From assembly GCA_037143195.1 (NCBI GenBank), contig JBAWZD010000001.1, forward strand, positions 272,892 to 336,891: a DNA stretch of 64,000 bases, in the 5' to 3' direction. The notes beneath the pieces were generated by a model. The model did no database searches. It saw only the letters and a list, made by a program, of their open reading frames with translations, and was not told where the DNA came from. Of the stretch, positions 1 to 10,068 are shown piece after piece. The position numbers and the translations under genes are program-made. Numbering within the stretch: the first letter of the stretch is position 1; every line of letters begins with the position of its first letter. This DNA comes from a bacterium. GTDB taxonomy: Bacteria; Patescibacteriota; Minisyncoccia; Phycocordibacterales; UBA9973.

Positions 1-257
1 GTTCAGTGTCACCGCCAAGGCCGAAACGGCTTTTGACAATATCAAGAGAACGATCCTGGAGTGGCGAGAGGATCTTTTTGGTGACCTGCTTGGGCTTGAA
101 TGATATCTTCTTTGACATAAGTATGATTTGTGTTTATTTGCTACCGGTCCAATATATCATTATTTATTGTAAAGGTCAAATTTACTCATATATCGTTATT
201 TTTCAACGTATTTTTAATATCGAAACCTTCTCCAAAAAATCGGGTCGGGCAATAAAA

Positions 258-1361
258 CTAGGAGAAGAGGCGCGCAATATCGTGGTAAGTAACATATATC
301 ATCAATAAAATCAAGAGGATAAAACCACCTTGGTTAATCAGTGAAATAACGCGCTTAGAAATGCGTGATTTGCCATCAGTGGTAAACAATTCGAGGATCA
401 ACCTTCCCCCATCAAGGGCTGGAAACGGGAGCATATTGACGACAGCAAGATTCACCGAAATGAGCGCAACAAAAGAAAGGAACGATCCGAATCCAAGTGC
501 ATATGCTTGGCTTGCAATCTGAGCTATGCCGACTGGTCCTGAGACTTCTGATAGTACTCCACCCTTCCCGCCATGAACGGAAGAAGCGAGCATTGCCCCG
601 ATTCCAGTAAATACACTCTTACATTCTTGCAACGTATAGTGTGCTGCATATGAAATAGCTTTTGAAAACGGAAGTCGCACAAGTGACACCTCAGAAAGAC
701 CCACACCAATCCCAGGCTTTCCATCAACAACACCTTCACGCGGAGTAACAACAACATCACGCACTGTATGCATGTGCATAATCGAAAACGTAATCGGCGA
801 AAGGCCATTCATTTGAATAAACGAAATAACATTGCCAGCAGTATACGGCACGAGTGTTTTTCCTCCAGCCGAAATTCGCGTGATCAAATCACCTGCTTGG
901 ATTTTTGCTTCACTTGCTGGACTATTATTCACGACTTGTGTCACCAGCATTTCTGGTTTGTTCACAACGACACTCCCTGAGAAATCAGACGGCGTACCAA
1001 GAAATCCAATACTAAACGATATAACGTAGAGCACGAAGGCCAAAAGCATGTTCGCCACGATACCAGCGAGGACGACGGCCGAGCGCTTCCACTTCGCTTG
1101 GTACGAGAATGAATTCAAGACAATTTCATTTGTTTCGCTGTCAGTCTCCTCACCAAAGATTTTTACGAAACCTCCAAATGGTAGCCAGTTGAGACTAAAG
1201 AGTGTTTTCTTCCAGACAAAAAGTTTTAGGGCACGTGGCGGATATCCGATACCGAATTCATCAACACGAATACCAAACAATTTTGCAACGACAAAATGAC
1301 CGAGCTCATGAATGACCACGAGAACGACGATGACAACGAGAAAAAGGATGACTGTAGACAT
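258..1361 (-). CDS. rseP: Site-2 protease, M50 family zinc metalloprotease (RseP-like)
   Basis: HExxH motif (HELGHF) inside a hydrophobic N-terminal helix, multiple TM segments, PDZ-like middle region, C-terminal LDGG-type motif; sits upstream of frr as in many bacteria. Confidence 0.8.
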   Translation of the reverse strand: MSTVILFLVVIVVLVVIHELGHFVVAKLFGIRVDEFGIGYPPRALKLFVWKKTLFSLNWLPFGGFVKIFGEETDSETNEIVLNSFSYQAKWKRSAVVLAGIVANMLLAFVLYVISFSIGFLGTPSDFSGSVVVNKPEMLVTQVVNNSPASEAKIQAGDLITRISAGGKTLVPYTAGNVISFIQMNGLSPITFSIMHMHTVRDVVVTPREGVVDGKPGIGVGLSEVSLVRLPFSKAISYAAHYTLQECKSVFTGIGAMLASSVHGGKGGVLSEVSGPVGIAQIASQAYALGFGSFLSFVALISVNLAVVNMLPFPALDGGRLILELFTTDGKSRISKRVISLINQGGFILLILLMIYVTYHDIARLFS

Positions 1362-1366
1362 AGAGC

Positions 1367-1906
1367 TTAGCTCATGACCTCTGTTTCTTTCGATTCAAAT
1401 ATAGCTTCGAGCTTTGAGTTTGCAGCGTCGATGCGCTTTTGAATTTCGTCTTTTGCGCGACGAGCCTCATCTTCTGGAAGTTCTGCTGACTTGAGTTCAT
1501 TGAGTGCATTCTCGCGGTCACGACGCACGCTGACGCGTGCTTCCTCCATTTTCTCTTTCAACACTTTGACGAGACGAGTACGATTTTCTGTTGTAAGTGG
1601 TGGGAAAATAACGCGCATGCCTTCGCCGTCTGTCGCAAGCGACAAACCAAGGTTTGCAGCAATGATTGCCTTTTCGACATCTTTGAGTACGGTCTTGTCC
1701 CAAAGAGTGATGCGAAGTGTTCGTGAATCTTCGATAGATACTGATCCGACGTTTTTGATTGGCTGGAATGATCCATATGCTTCAACCATGACGCCGTCGA
1801 GGAGCATTGGCGAGGCACGTCCAGTGTGTACGCGAGAATATTCGCGACCGAGCCAATCTGTTGATTCTTTTAAATTTGTATCGAGACTTGAAAAATTGAA
1901 TGCCAT
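1367..1906 (-). CDS. frr: Ribosome recycling factor
   Basis: 179 aa; full-length match to the RRF family (VHTGRASP..., LKDVEKAI..., RVSVRRDR... motifs). Confidence 0.9.
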   Translation of the reverse strand: MAFNFSSLDTNLKESTDWLGREYSRVHTGRASPMLLDGVMVEAYGSFQPIKNVGSVSIEDSRTLRITLWDKTVLKDVEKAIIAANLGLSLATDGEGMRVIFPPLTTENRTRLVKVLKEKMEEARVSVRRDRENALNELKSAELPEDEARRAKDEIQKRIDAANSKLEAIFESKETEVMS

Positions 1907-1943
1907 ATTGGGTTAGTATAATAGGAAACGCACAATTAGTAAA

Positions 1944-2594
1944 TTAGAGGGTAAGCGCAAGCGTTTCGAGAATCATTCGCGATGAAGCACCTGGGATATA
2001 GAGGTATTTCTTAAATTTTAAAATCTGTTCGAGCTTCGATGCATTTTTTTGCAAATCTTCGGACAATGATTGTTCGAGCGCATCGAGGAGCGCGAGCGTA
2101 CGCTCGCGCACTTCTGCCGCTGCTTCCTCATCATCTGATTTTTCTACGAGCTTCGCAACAAGCGACAATCGTTGCTGCTGCGCGCTTCGCAAAAAATCGA
2201 GCGCTTCTTTTTTGAAATCATCATTTCGTACTGGAGTGATTACTCGGACACGAGACAACAATGTTGGAAGCAAAACATCAGGTTTTGGAATTGCAAAAAA
2301 AATGTGTGTGTTCGGGATTGGCTCTTCGAGCGTCTTAAGCAGCGCGTTCTCTGCTTCACGAGTAATAAAATCTGCGTACACGACATGAACTTTGTGTCCT
2401 CCGTTCATCGAGGTGAGTTCTTGCCATGCACGGAGTTCGCGCGCGTCCTCAATTGCAAATGAGACGAGTTCGCGGAATACGAAATCGGAATTGCTTGTCT
2501 GAGCGAATCCGTGCTCGGTGAGCATGGATTCGATGTGGGCGCGCGCGGTAGCGCGCGCCCCGCCCACTACATACGCATGAAATAATTCCTCCAT
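1944..2594 (-). CDS. holB: Minimal DNA polymerase III delta-prime-like clamp-loader subunit
   Basis: 216 aa; LLKTLEEP motif typical of the delta-prime/tau clamp-loader AAA+ lid; no intact Walker A. Confidence 0.55.
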   Translation of the reverse strand: MEELFHAYVVGGARATARAHIESMLTEHGFAQTSNSDFVFRELVSFAIEDARELRAWQELTSMNGGHKVHVVYADFITREAENALLKTLEEPIPNTHIFFAIPKPDVLLPTLLSRVRVITPVRNDDFKKEALDFLRSAQQQRLSLVAKLVEKSDDEEAAAEVRERTLALLDALEQSLSEDLQKNASKLEQILKFKKYLYIPGASSRMILETLALTL

Positions 2595-2603
2595 ACGAAA
2601 ATA

Positions 2604-3611
2604 TTATCGCTTACTCATGATCGAACGCTTGTAGGTCGAAAGATGTTCCAAAGCGATTCCCGTCCCCTTCACCACACAAAAGAGCGCATCATCTGCAAGT
2701 ACCGCCTTCACACCAGTGCGTCGATAAATCAAATCTGGAAAATTACGAAGCTGTGATGTCCCTCCTGTCATAATGATACCTGCATCAATAATATCCGCAG
2801 CAAGTTCTGGTGGCGTTTCCTGCAACACATCTTTAATAGCTTTGACCACCTGACGCAGTTCTGGATCAATCGCACGCACGATTTCGTTTGTCGAGACCTG
2901 TGCCGTACGTGGCAATCCCTGTACAAAGTCTCGTCCTTTGATTGTCATCGTCAATTCTTCTTCGAGTGGTACGGCGGCACCAATTTCCATTTTTATTTTT
3001 TCAGCAGTCTTGTCTCCGATTGCCAAATTAAATGTTTTGCGAATATATTCTGCGATTGCGTGATCGATTTTGTCTCCGGCGCATTTGACCGAAGTTGAAG
3101 CCACAATTCCACCGAGTGCGATGACCGCAACGTCTGTTGTCCCTCCACCAATATCTACGATCATATGTCCGCGTGATTCTTGAATCGGAATACCCGCACC
3201 AATAGCAGCGAGAATCGGCTCCTTCACCACATACGCATTTTTTGCGCCCGCGCGGAGCGCTGCCTCAACGACAGCACGACGTTCAGTAGATGTAATTCCA
3301 GCAGGAACTGAAATCATCGCTTCTGGTTTAAAGAGGTTCCATTTACCGAGTGCTTTTGAAATGAAGTAGCGAAGCATTGCTTCCGTCACGCGGTAGTCTG
3401 CGATAACTCCATCTTTCATTGGACGATACGCAATAATAGACTCAGGAGTCTTTCCGATCATTTCCTTTGCCTCGATTCCAATAGCCAAAATAGTGTTGTC
3501 TTGTTCCGAAACAGCAACAACAGACGGTTCATTCAAAATAATACCTTTTCCAGGGATATAGACGAGCGTGTTGGCAGTGCCAAGGTCAATTCCGATTTTC
3601 TTTCCAAACAT
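2604..3611 (-). CDS. mreB: Rod shape-determining protein MreB
   Basis: Actin-like ATPase motifs (KKIGIDLGTANT..., DIGGGTTD...). The ORF extends to 3683, but homology begins at MFGKK, so the likely start is near 3611. Confidence 0.85.
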   Translation of the reverse strand: MFGKKIGIDLGTANTLVYIPGKGIILNEPSVVAVSEQDNTILAIGIEAKEMIGKTPESIIAYRPMKDGVIADYRVTEAMLRYFISKALGKWNLFKPEAMISVPAGITSTERRAVVEAALRAGAKNAYVVKEPILAAIGAGIPIQESRGHMIVDIGGGTTDVAVIALGGIVASTSVKCAGDKIDHAIAEYIRKTFNLAIGDKTAEKIKMEIGAAVPLEEELTMTIKGRDFVQGLPRTAQVSTNEIVRAIDPELRQVVKAIKDVLQETPPELAADIIDAGIIMTGGTSQLRNFPDLIYRRTGVKAVLADDALFCVVKGTGIALEHLSTYKRSIMSKR

Positions 3612-4031
3612 GTGCGGATTATATGCTAATCCGTCGTATATGTAAAAGTGCCTGCCATTTCCCGTAGGAAATGGCAGGCACACTTAATTATTCTCCGGAC
3701 TATTTGGCCCGAAAAATGGATGATCTTGCTCAACCTTGTCACGAGCGAGCACATTTTTAAAAAAAATAAACCAGCATGTACACACAACGGTAAAGATACA
3801 GAAACCACATATCACCGTTGCCATGGTATGCCCCTTGAAGAACGAAAATAATTGTGCTATTTTCGTAATTATTATGGTGGCTCCTAATGACATGACGAAG
3901 GTCAAAGGAAGCACTCGTTGCAAGTTCCTCATAAATTTGGTTTTCAAAACTGTAAGTAAAATTACATACTTTGTCAACCACCCGCTACCCTCTGTTCCAG
4001 ATAGGGTGACTTCGTGCTTTAATGGCGGTAT

Positions 4032-5963
4032 ATGTGGATTGTTGAGGTCGTTCCAATCAAACGAGGGCTCCCCAAGGAGACCCTCACCTATTTCTCGTCG
4101 GAGCACGTACCTGACGGGACCGTTGTTTCAGTGCCGATTCGATCAAAATCGGTCGATGCTGTAGCCGTAGCATGTCGCGATGCCAAAGAGGAAAAATCGG
4201 CAATTAAGTCTGGCTCGTTTGCACTCAAGAAGATTCTCAAAGTCAAAGTTGGCTCGCCAGTCCCCGCCTCCATATTTGAGACAGCCAAACTCTCCGCACA
4301 ATACTATCGAGGAAGTCGTGGAACAATTCTCAATTTTCTCATTCCGGACTATTCATATTATGGACTGTTCGCGCACGAGGAAAACAAGCCACGCAGCACT
4401 GAAGCCCAACCTGAACGATTGCTCTTTCAATCACCGCTTGACGACCGCCTCGCTTTCTATCGCACCTATATACGTGAAGCATTCGCCAAAAAAGAATCCG
4501 TCACTTTTGTCTGTCCGACAATTGCAGACTGCTCACTCTTTGCCGAAGCACTTGCGCGCGGAGTATCTGATTTCGTCGTCGTGCTCAATAGCGAAATCTC
4601 AAAAAAGAAACTTGTCGATACGATCAAAAAATTGTCGACAGACAAACATGCGTTCGTCACGATTTGTACACCGACGTATGCCACACTCATGCGGCCAGAC
4701 ACAGGTACGATCATTCTTGAACATGAAAGTTCAAGTGCCTACGCCACACCAACACACCCCTCATACGATTTTCGTGTATTGATTGAACTGTTTGCACGAT
4801 GCTCTGGAAAGAAATTCATTCTTGGAGACAGCTTGCTTCGCGTCGAGACACTCGGCCGACATGAGACCAAGGAGCTCGGCACGATTGCGCCAATTACGTT
4901 TCGTGCGCTTGCACCAATTGAAATCACTGTCATTCCTCACGGAGTGCCCGCGGAGCTACCGCTCCGCGCCCGTAGCGACCAAGTCCCCGCTCTCTCCGAA
5001 CCAATGCGCGCACTCATTGGTCGTGCCCTCGAAAAGAAATCACACATCTTTGCCTTCGCGCTTCGCACGGGACTTGCTACGTTTACGCGTTGTCGTGATT
5101 GTGGACAGACGTGTCTATGTGAATATTGTGAAGCGCCACTCGTACTCTACACAATCCCATCAGGCAAACGCGTATTCATTTGCAACAAATGCAAACGTCA
5201 CAAACCATCTGAACAAAAGTGCGCCCGATGTAATAGCTGGAATCTTGGCGCAATTGGTACCGGTACAGAATTCGTCGAAGAAGAAATTCGTCGACTGTAT
5301 CCCGACCTTCCAGTCTTTCGTATTGACCGCGAAGCGACACCCACACGCACAGAGGCACGCAAAGTCGCTTCGCTATTCACTTCGGCACCAGCCGGAGTCC
5401 TCGTTGGCACAGAGATGGCACTCTTTTATTTGAGTGAGGCCATTACAGATTCAATCGTCGTATCATTTGATACGCTTTTCAATATTCCAAGTTACCGAGC
5501 AAGCGAGCGCATCATCGAACTCTTCCTCGCCATCGCTGAACGCACCCGAGGCAAGCTCTATGTCCAAACCAAAAGTCCGGACGAGCCAATCATTGAACTC
5601 ATACAATCAAACAATTACGCGTCATGGTATCGCAACGAACTCGCCGAGCGTATTGAATACAACTACCCTCCGGCATCAACCATCATCAAAATCACTTGGC
5701 GTGGCAAAGAATCTGAAAAAGATGCGGCAAAAGATTATCTCCAAGAATTACTCGCTCCGTGCGCACCAGATATTTTTGAGAGCATCATTGTTGTCAAAGG
5801 CAAAAAAGAAATTGCCGTAAACGCCGTCATTCGTCCGAAGCGCGACGAATGGTCGCTCTACGCGCTCCAAGAAGGCAAAGGCCTCTCAGAAAACCTCCGC
5901 CAAATCCTCGCAAAACTTCCCGACGAATGCATCATTTCGGTCAATCCGGACAACTTATTGTAG
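4032..5963 (+). CDS. priA: Primosomal protein N' (PriA) homolog with degenerate helicase motifs
   Basis: N-terminal 3'-DNA-binding domain pattern, Cys-rich zinc-binding insert (CRDCGQTCLCEYCEAP...CNKCKRH...CARCNS) and the GTE..EEE..LYP..RIDRE motif match PriA; Walker A and DExH are not conserved. Confidence 0.7.
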   Translation: MWIVEVVPIKRGLPKETLTYFSSEHVPDGTVVSVPIRSKSVDAVAVACRDAKEEKSAIKSGSFALKKILKVKVGSPVPASIFETAKLSAQYYRGSRGTILNFLIPDYSYYGLFAHEENKPRSTEAQPERLLFQSPLDDRLAFYRTYIREAFAKKESVTFVCPTIADCSLFAEALARGVSDFVVVLNSEISKKKLVDTIKKLSTDKHAFVTICTPTYATLMRPDTGTIILEHESSSAYATPTHPSYDFRVLIELFARCSGKKFILGDSLLRVETLGRHETKELGTIAPITFRALAPIEITVIPHGVPAELPLRARSDQVPALSEPMRALIGRALEKKSHIFAFALRTGLATFTRCRDCGQTCLCEYCEAPLVLYTIPSGKRVFICNKCKRHKPSEQKCARCNSWNLGAIGTGTEFVEEEIRRLYPDLPVFRIDREATPTRTEARKVASLFTSAPAGVLVGTEMALFYLSEAITDSIVVSFDTLFNIPSYRASERIIELFLAIAERTRGKLYVQTKSPDEPIIELIQSNNYASWYRNELAERIEYNYPPASTIIKITWRGKESEKDAAKDYLQELLAPCAPDIFESIIVVKGKKEIAVNAVIRPKRDEWSLYALQEGKGLSENLRQILAKLPDECIISVNPDNLL

Positions 5964-6012
5964 AAAATCCCCCAACAATTGTTGGAGGATTTTACTTTTG
6001 AGCTTAGTATTT

Positions 6013-6351
6013 TTAACTGCTCGCATTTTCGATGTAAATATTCATTGACACTTCCGCAATTAGAAGTGTTATTGGAAGCGCGATTGATACGAGTAGGGCG
6101 ATTTCACTATATTTTACGCTGACAGGTCCAATTGAAAAAATTGATCCCATCATAAGCAAATCGAATACTACTGGAGCAAACGACCAGATTGAATTTTCTG
6201 GTGAAAATTTCCAAATTGCCGCCGTAACACACAGCAAAGCAATAAACGATAGCACAAGGCCGTCCTTTGGTGTTTGATAGCAGGCTGCCACATCAAGGGC
6301 AGCACCACACAAAAAATAAAATGCGATCAGTAATTTTTTATTATATTCCAT
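6013..6351 (-). CDS. Hypothetical small integral membrane protein
   Basis: 112 aa with 3-4 hydrophobic helices; no recognised family. Confidence 0.4.
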   Translation of the reverse strand: MEYNKKLLIAFYFLCGAALDVAACYQTPKDGLVLSFIALLCVTAAIWKFSPENSIWSFAPVVFDLLMMGSIFSIGPVSVKYSEIALLVSIALPITLLIAEVSMNIYIENASS

Positions 6352-6535
6352 GAGAAAGAACTGTTGTTTTATCCAGTTAGTTAAATTTTAACACTTATAT
6401 TTAATAGTGTCAATTATTCACAATATAACATCTCAGAAGCGAGTGCGGTTTTGCTTCGCTGAGGCTCGCGATATTTATCAAACTATTGGCTTTGTAACTT
6501 GCGTTTCCGCTTTTCTCGTGGTATCCTCATTCGGC

Positions 6536-6799
6536 ATGAATAGCAAACCAACAATCGAAGTCAAAAAGGCTTCAAATGAGAGCAACATGACTCTCATCCG
6601 TCGTTTTAGTCGTCGCGTCCAAGAGGCTGGCATCATCCGTGCTGTCAAAGCTCAGCGTTACCACGACCGCGCACCATCAAAGCTTGATCGCAAAACATCA
6701 GCTATCAATCGTCTCAAGCGAGGCAAAGAAGTTGAGCGTTTGAAAAAGCTCGGCAAATGGGTAGAACGTGAACGCGGTGCTCCACGTAAACAAGCATAA
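6536..6799 (+). CDS. rpsU: 30S ribosomal protein S21
   Basis: Basic ~87-aa product (IRRFSRRVQEAGIIRAVKAQRYHDRAPSKLDRK...) matching the S21 pattern. The ORF begins at 6407, but internal ATG 6536 gives the expected size; TAATG overlap with ybeY. Confidence 0.65.
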   Translation: MNSKPTIEVKKASNESNMTLIRRFSRRVQEAGIIRAVKAQRYHDRAPSKLDRKTSAINRLKRGKEVERLKKLGKWVERERGAPRKQA

Positions 6800-7179
6800 T
6801 GACTGGAGATTTCTCAATCACCAACAGAACAAACGGCAAGCTTCCACGCTTGCCGTTTGAGCAGGTAAAGGACGCAATACTTGGACCAAAGTATTCTCTT
6901 TCGGTTGCGCTCGTCACTCCCAAAGAATCGCACAAACTCAATCTCACTTATCGCCAAAAAGACAAGCCAACGAACGTGCTCTCGTTTCCATTCGGAAAAA
7001 ATTCTGGTGAACTTGTCCTCGATCTCAAAACATCACGCGCTGATGCGGTGAATTTTGACATGACGCCGGACAATTTTTTGCTTTTTCTCGTTATCCACGG
7101 AATGCTTCATTTGAAAGGTTACGACCATGGTAGTACAATGGAGAAAGCGGAAAAGAAATTTTTGAAAAAGTTCTTGTAA
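6799..7179 (+). CDS. ybeY: rRNA maturation endoribonuclease YbeY
   Basis: 126 aa, conserved HGxLHLxGYDH zinc-binding motif (HGMLHLKGYDH). Confidence 0.85.
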   Translation: MTGDFSITNRTNGKLPRLPFEQVKDAILGPKYSLSVALVTPKESHKLNLTYRQKDKPTNVLSFPFGKNSGELVLDLKTSRADAVNFDMTPDNFLLFLVIHGMLHLKGYDHGSTMEKAEKKFLKKFL

Positions 7180-7186
7180 TTTTTTC

Positions 7187-8374
7187 TTGCGATTTGTTTT
7201 CTCACCCACAATGGCTCGACCTACTATCACCGTCGGTATAGATCTCGGCACGGCAACAACTCGCTGTGTGGTTTTTTCGTGGATGCCCGGAGCGAGCAAT
7301 CCTGAAACACTCGCCTCCGTCTCCGTGCCTTCACGAGGCATGCGTCACGGATACATCGTCAATCTCTCTGATGCTGCAGGATCTATCAAACGTGCTGTAG
7401 CGCAAGCAGAGAAAGAAGCAAATATTCAAATCAAAAAAGCAGCCTTCTCACTCGGAGGTACAAGTCTCTCCGCAGAATCTGGGGTTGGAAGTGCCATTAT
7501 TTCAAAATCTGATGGCGAGGTCACAGCTTTTGATACAAAGACAGCGCTCACTGGCGCAGAAGAATCGCTCGATCTTAAAAATCGCCGCATCATTCATCAA
7601 GCCCCAATGGTGTGGAAACTCGACGGCAAAGAAATGCAGAACCCTCCGGTTGGAATGCATGGAGTAAAGCTTGAGGTAAAAGTAGTTTTCGTAACCTGTC
7701 TTTCACAGCACCTCGATGATCTATTGTCTGCAGCTGGCGAGGCTGGTATTGAAGTCGTCGATGTCATTCCCTCATCAGTCGCAGCGAGTACGATTGCACT
7801 CAGTGATCGTCAGCGCACCGTGGGTGTCATGCTCGCCAACATTGGCGCAGAAACTGTTTCAATAGCTGTCTTTGAAAACGGAGCACTCATCGGCATGTCT
7901 GTCTTTCCCATTGGTTCGACCGATATCACCAACGACATCGCGCTCGGTTTTCGCATTTCACTCGAAGAAGCTGAAGGCATCAAGACAGGTAGTGTGATGA
8001 CCATGGCCTACCCAAAACGCAAGGTGGACGACATCATCGAAGCTCGATTGTCAGACATATTTGAATTGATCGATGGATATCTCAAGAAAATTAAACGAAG
8101 TGGTTTGCTCCCCGCAGGAGTCGTTATCACCGGAGGAGGAAGCGGACACGCGCTCGTTGAGGGTCTCGCAAAAGATATGTTGCGTCTCCCCTCGCGCGTC
8201 TCAAGCGACGACGTCCTCTCACAAATGAAAAGTCCAATCCGTGATTCATCGTGGTACGTAGCATTCGGCCTCGGATTTATGGCCAAAGAAAACGAAGCGA
8301 GCGGCAAATCTCGCGGTACATCAGGTGGAGGTTCAGGACTCTTCAAAGAATTCTTGCGACAGTTTTTGCCATAA
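7187..8374 (+). CDS. ftsA: Cell division protein FtsA
   Basis: Actin-fold ATPase (ITVGIDLGTATTRC...), FtsA-type architecture, adjacent to ftsZ. Confidence 0.85.
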   Translation: MRFVFSPTMARPTITVGIDLGTATTRCVVFSWMPGASNPETLASVSVPSRGMRHGYIVNLSDAAGSIKRAVAQAEKEANIQIKKAAFSLGGTSLSAESGVGSAIISKSDGEVTAFDTKTALTGAEESLDLKNRRIIHQAPMVWKLDGKEMQNPPVGMHGVKLEVKVVFVTCLSQHLDDLLSAAGEAGIEVVDVIPSSVAASTIALSDRQRTVGVMLANIGAETVSIAVFENGALIGMSVFPIGSTDITNDIALGFRISLEEAEGIKTGSVMTMAYPKRKVDDIIEARLSDIFELIDGYLKKIKRSGLLPAGVVITGGGSGHALVEGLAKDMLRLPSRVSSDDVLSQMKSPIRDSSWYVAFGLGFMAKENEASGKSRGTSGGGSGLFKEFLRQFLP

Positions 8375-8421
8375 AAAAATACCCAACCTTGAAGGCTGGG
8401 CTTTTAAATGTGAACAATGTT

Positions 8422-8646
8422 TTAGATTTTATGCATCGCATGAGCGATCGCATAAGCAATGGAACAAGTTGCGATAAGTGCACCGACCAAAAATTTTCTC
8501 CACCAGATTCTTGTTCTTTTTTTGTTTTCAATGATACCCGCCTCGTCGATCGGGATTTCAATCGGGTACACAAGGCTTAGCCTCTGTGCTAACTCAAGAG
8601 CCTCCTTTGTAGGCTGATACCCTACTTTCTTTTTTTTAGAAAACAT
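8422..8646 (-). CDS. Hypothetical small protein with C-terminal TM helix (antisense to the ftsA-ftsZ spacer)
   Basis: 74-aa ORF with a hydrophobic C-terminus inside the 426-bp ftsA-ftsZ intergenic region; weak support. Confidence 0.25.
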   Translation of the reverse strand: MFSKKKKVGYQPTKEALELAQRLSLVYPIEIPIDEAGIIENKKRTRIWWRKFLVGALIATCSIAYAIAHAMHKI

Positions 8647-8800
8647 AAATTTATTTTTAATGCGTTCAATTATTACCTAAACTCTACGCCAATTACAAAC
8701 CCTGTCAATAGCAAAACAGGTGCGTTTACACCCATTTCTTTTTTTAGAATATCTGATAGAATGACGCAGGTTCGTTACTAGCTTTTAGCCCTATTATTCT

Positions 8801-10036
8801 ATGCCCAAAATCAATCCTGAAGTCGAGACATTCGCCCGCATCAAAGTCATCGGAGTTGGAGGTTCCGGAAAGAACGCCATCAACCACATGATCAACGCCA
8901 AAGTTCGTGGTGTTGAATTCATCGTGATGAATACCGATACGCAAGACCTCCACAATTCGCTCGCAGACAAAAAAATCCACATCGGAAAAAATCTCACTCG
9001 CGGTCTCGGCGCAGGAATGAATCCTGACGTGGGCAAACGCGCAGCCGAGGAAACCAAAGCTGAAATTCAGGATGTCATCAAGGGCTCTGACATGGTTTTC
9101 ATCGCGTGTGGAATGGGAGGAGGTACCGGTACTGGTGCTGCTCCAATCGTTGCAAAATCTTCAAAGGAGCAAGGTATTCTCACCGTTGCTGTCGTTACGA
9201 AGCCATTCTTCTTCGAAGGCAATCAGCGTTCACGCATTGCTGAAGAAGGTCTCCGCGAACTCGAAAAGGAAGTCGATGCAATCATCGTCATTCCAAACGA
9301 CAAGCTCATGCAGATCGCAGGCAAGGACATGGGATTCCGCGATGCATTCGCGCTCTGTGACTCTGTTCTCCAGCAAGCAGTCGAAGGTATCTCTGACCTC
9401 ATCACAACTCCAGGAGTCATCAACGTAGACTTCGCCGACATCAAAGCCATCATGGCAGATACGGGTACCGCACTCATGGGTATCGGTATGGGTTCAGGAG
9501 AAGGTCGCGCAGGCAAGGCAGCAACTGAAGCTATCAATTCCCCACTCCTTGAAGTTTCAATCAATGGAGCACGTGGCGTCCTCTTTGCAATCTCAGGTGG
9601 CGACGACCTCACTATCCACGAGATTCAAGAAGCTGCAAAAATCATCACTGAGTCAATTGACAGAGAAGCAAAGGTTATCTTCGGAACAATCAAAGACGAT
9701 CGTCTCAAAAAAGGCGAAGTCAAAGTCACTGTCATTGCGACTGGTTTCCCAACAGAGACCAACCCAAAGCGCTCACTCTTCCAGCCATCGTTTGCTCAGG
9801 CGACTGCCCAGCAGACAGTACAGGCAGTTGATCGCGCAGAAACACCAACACCTGCTCCAAAAAAGGAACAGCCAGTTGTACAAGCAACAGCTCCGATGGC
9901 AAGTGATTTCGTAAAGCGTCCAACGATCGAGAAAACTGTTGAAGTCTCTTCAAATCGCGACGACATCCCAACATTCGGCGACGACACAGACGATTGGAGT
10001 GCGGTTCCTGCATTCCTCCGCCGTCCAAAAAAATAG
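8801..10036 (+). CDS. ftsZ: Cell division GTPase FtsZ
   Basis: Tubulin signature GGGTGTG, N-terminal IKVIGVGGSG, T7 loop region; acidic variable C-tail and conserved C-terminal peptide. Confidence 0.95.
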   Translation: MPKINPEVETFARIKVIGVGGSGKNAINHMINAKVRGVEFIVMNTDTQDLHNSLADKKIHIGKNLTRGLGAGMNPDVGKRAAEETKAEIQDVIKGSDMVFIACGMGGGTGTGAAPIVAKSSKEQGILTVAVVTKPFFFEGNQRSRIAEEGLRELEKEVDAIIVIPNDKLMQIAGKDMGFRDAFALCDSVLQQAVEGISDLITTPGVINVDFADIKAIMADTGTALMGIGMGSGEGRAGKAATEAINSPLLEVSINGARGVLFAISGGDDLTIHEIQEAAKIITESIDREAKVIFGTIKDDRLKKGEVKVTVIATGFPTETNPKRSLFQPSFAQATAQQTVQAVDRAETPTPAPKKEQPVVQATAPMASDFVKRPTIEKTVEVSSNRDDIPTFGDDTDDWSAVPAFLRRPKK

Positions 10037-10068
10037 GCAGAATTTGACTCACTTGGTATAATCTACCT

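Noticed and set aside
524-808. Antisense ORFs inside rseP, ftsZ, murB, valS and other genes (524-808, 9223-9612, 9732-10088, 36096-36698, 41195-41989 and similar)
   Set aside because: They lie wholly within, and opposite to, well-supported conserved genes. Their composition is typical of shadow ORFs and there are no start-context signals.
3684-4106. 140-aa minus-strand ORF between mreB and priA
   Set aside because: Its 5' part overlaps the priA start and the N-terminus looks like random translation. A short C-terminal hydrophobic peptide (~3684-3930) might be real but is unsupported.
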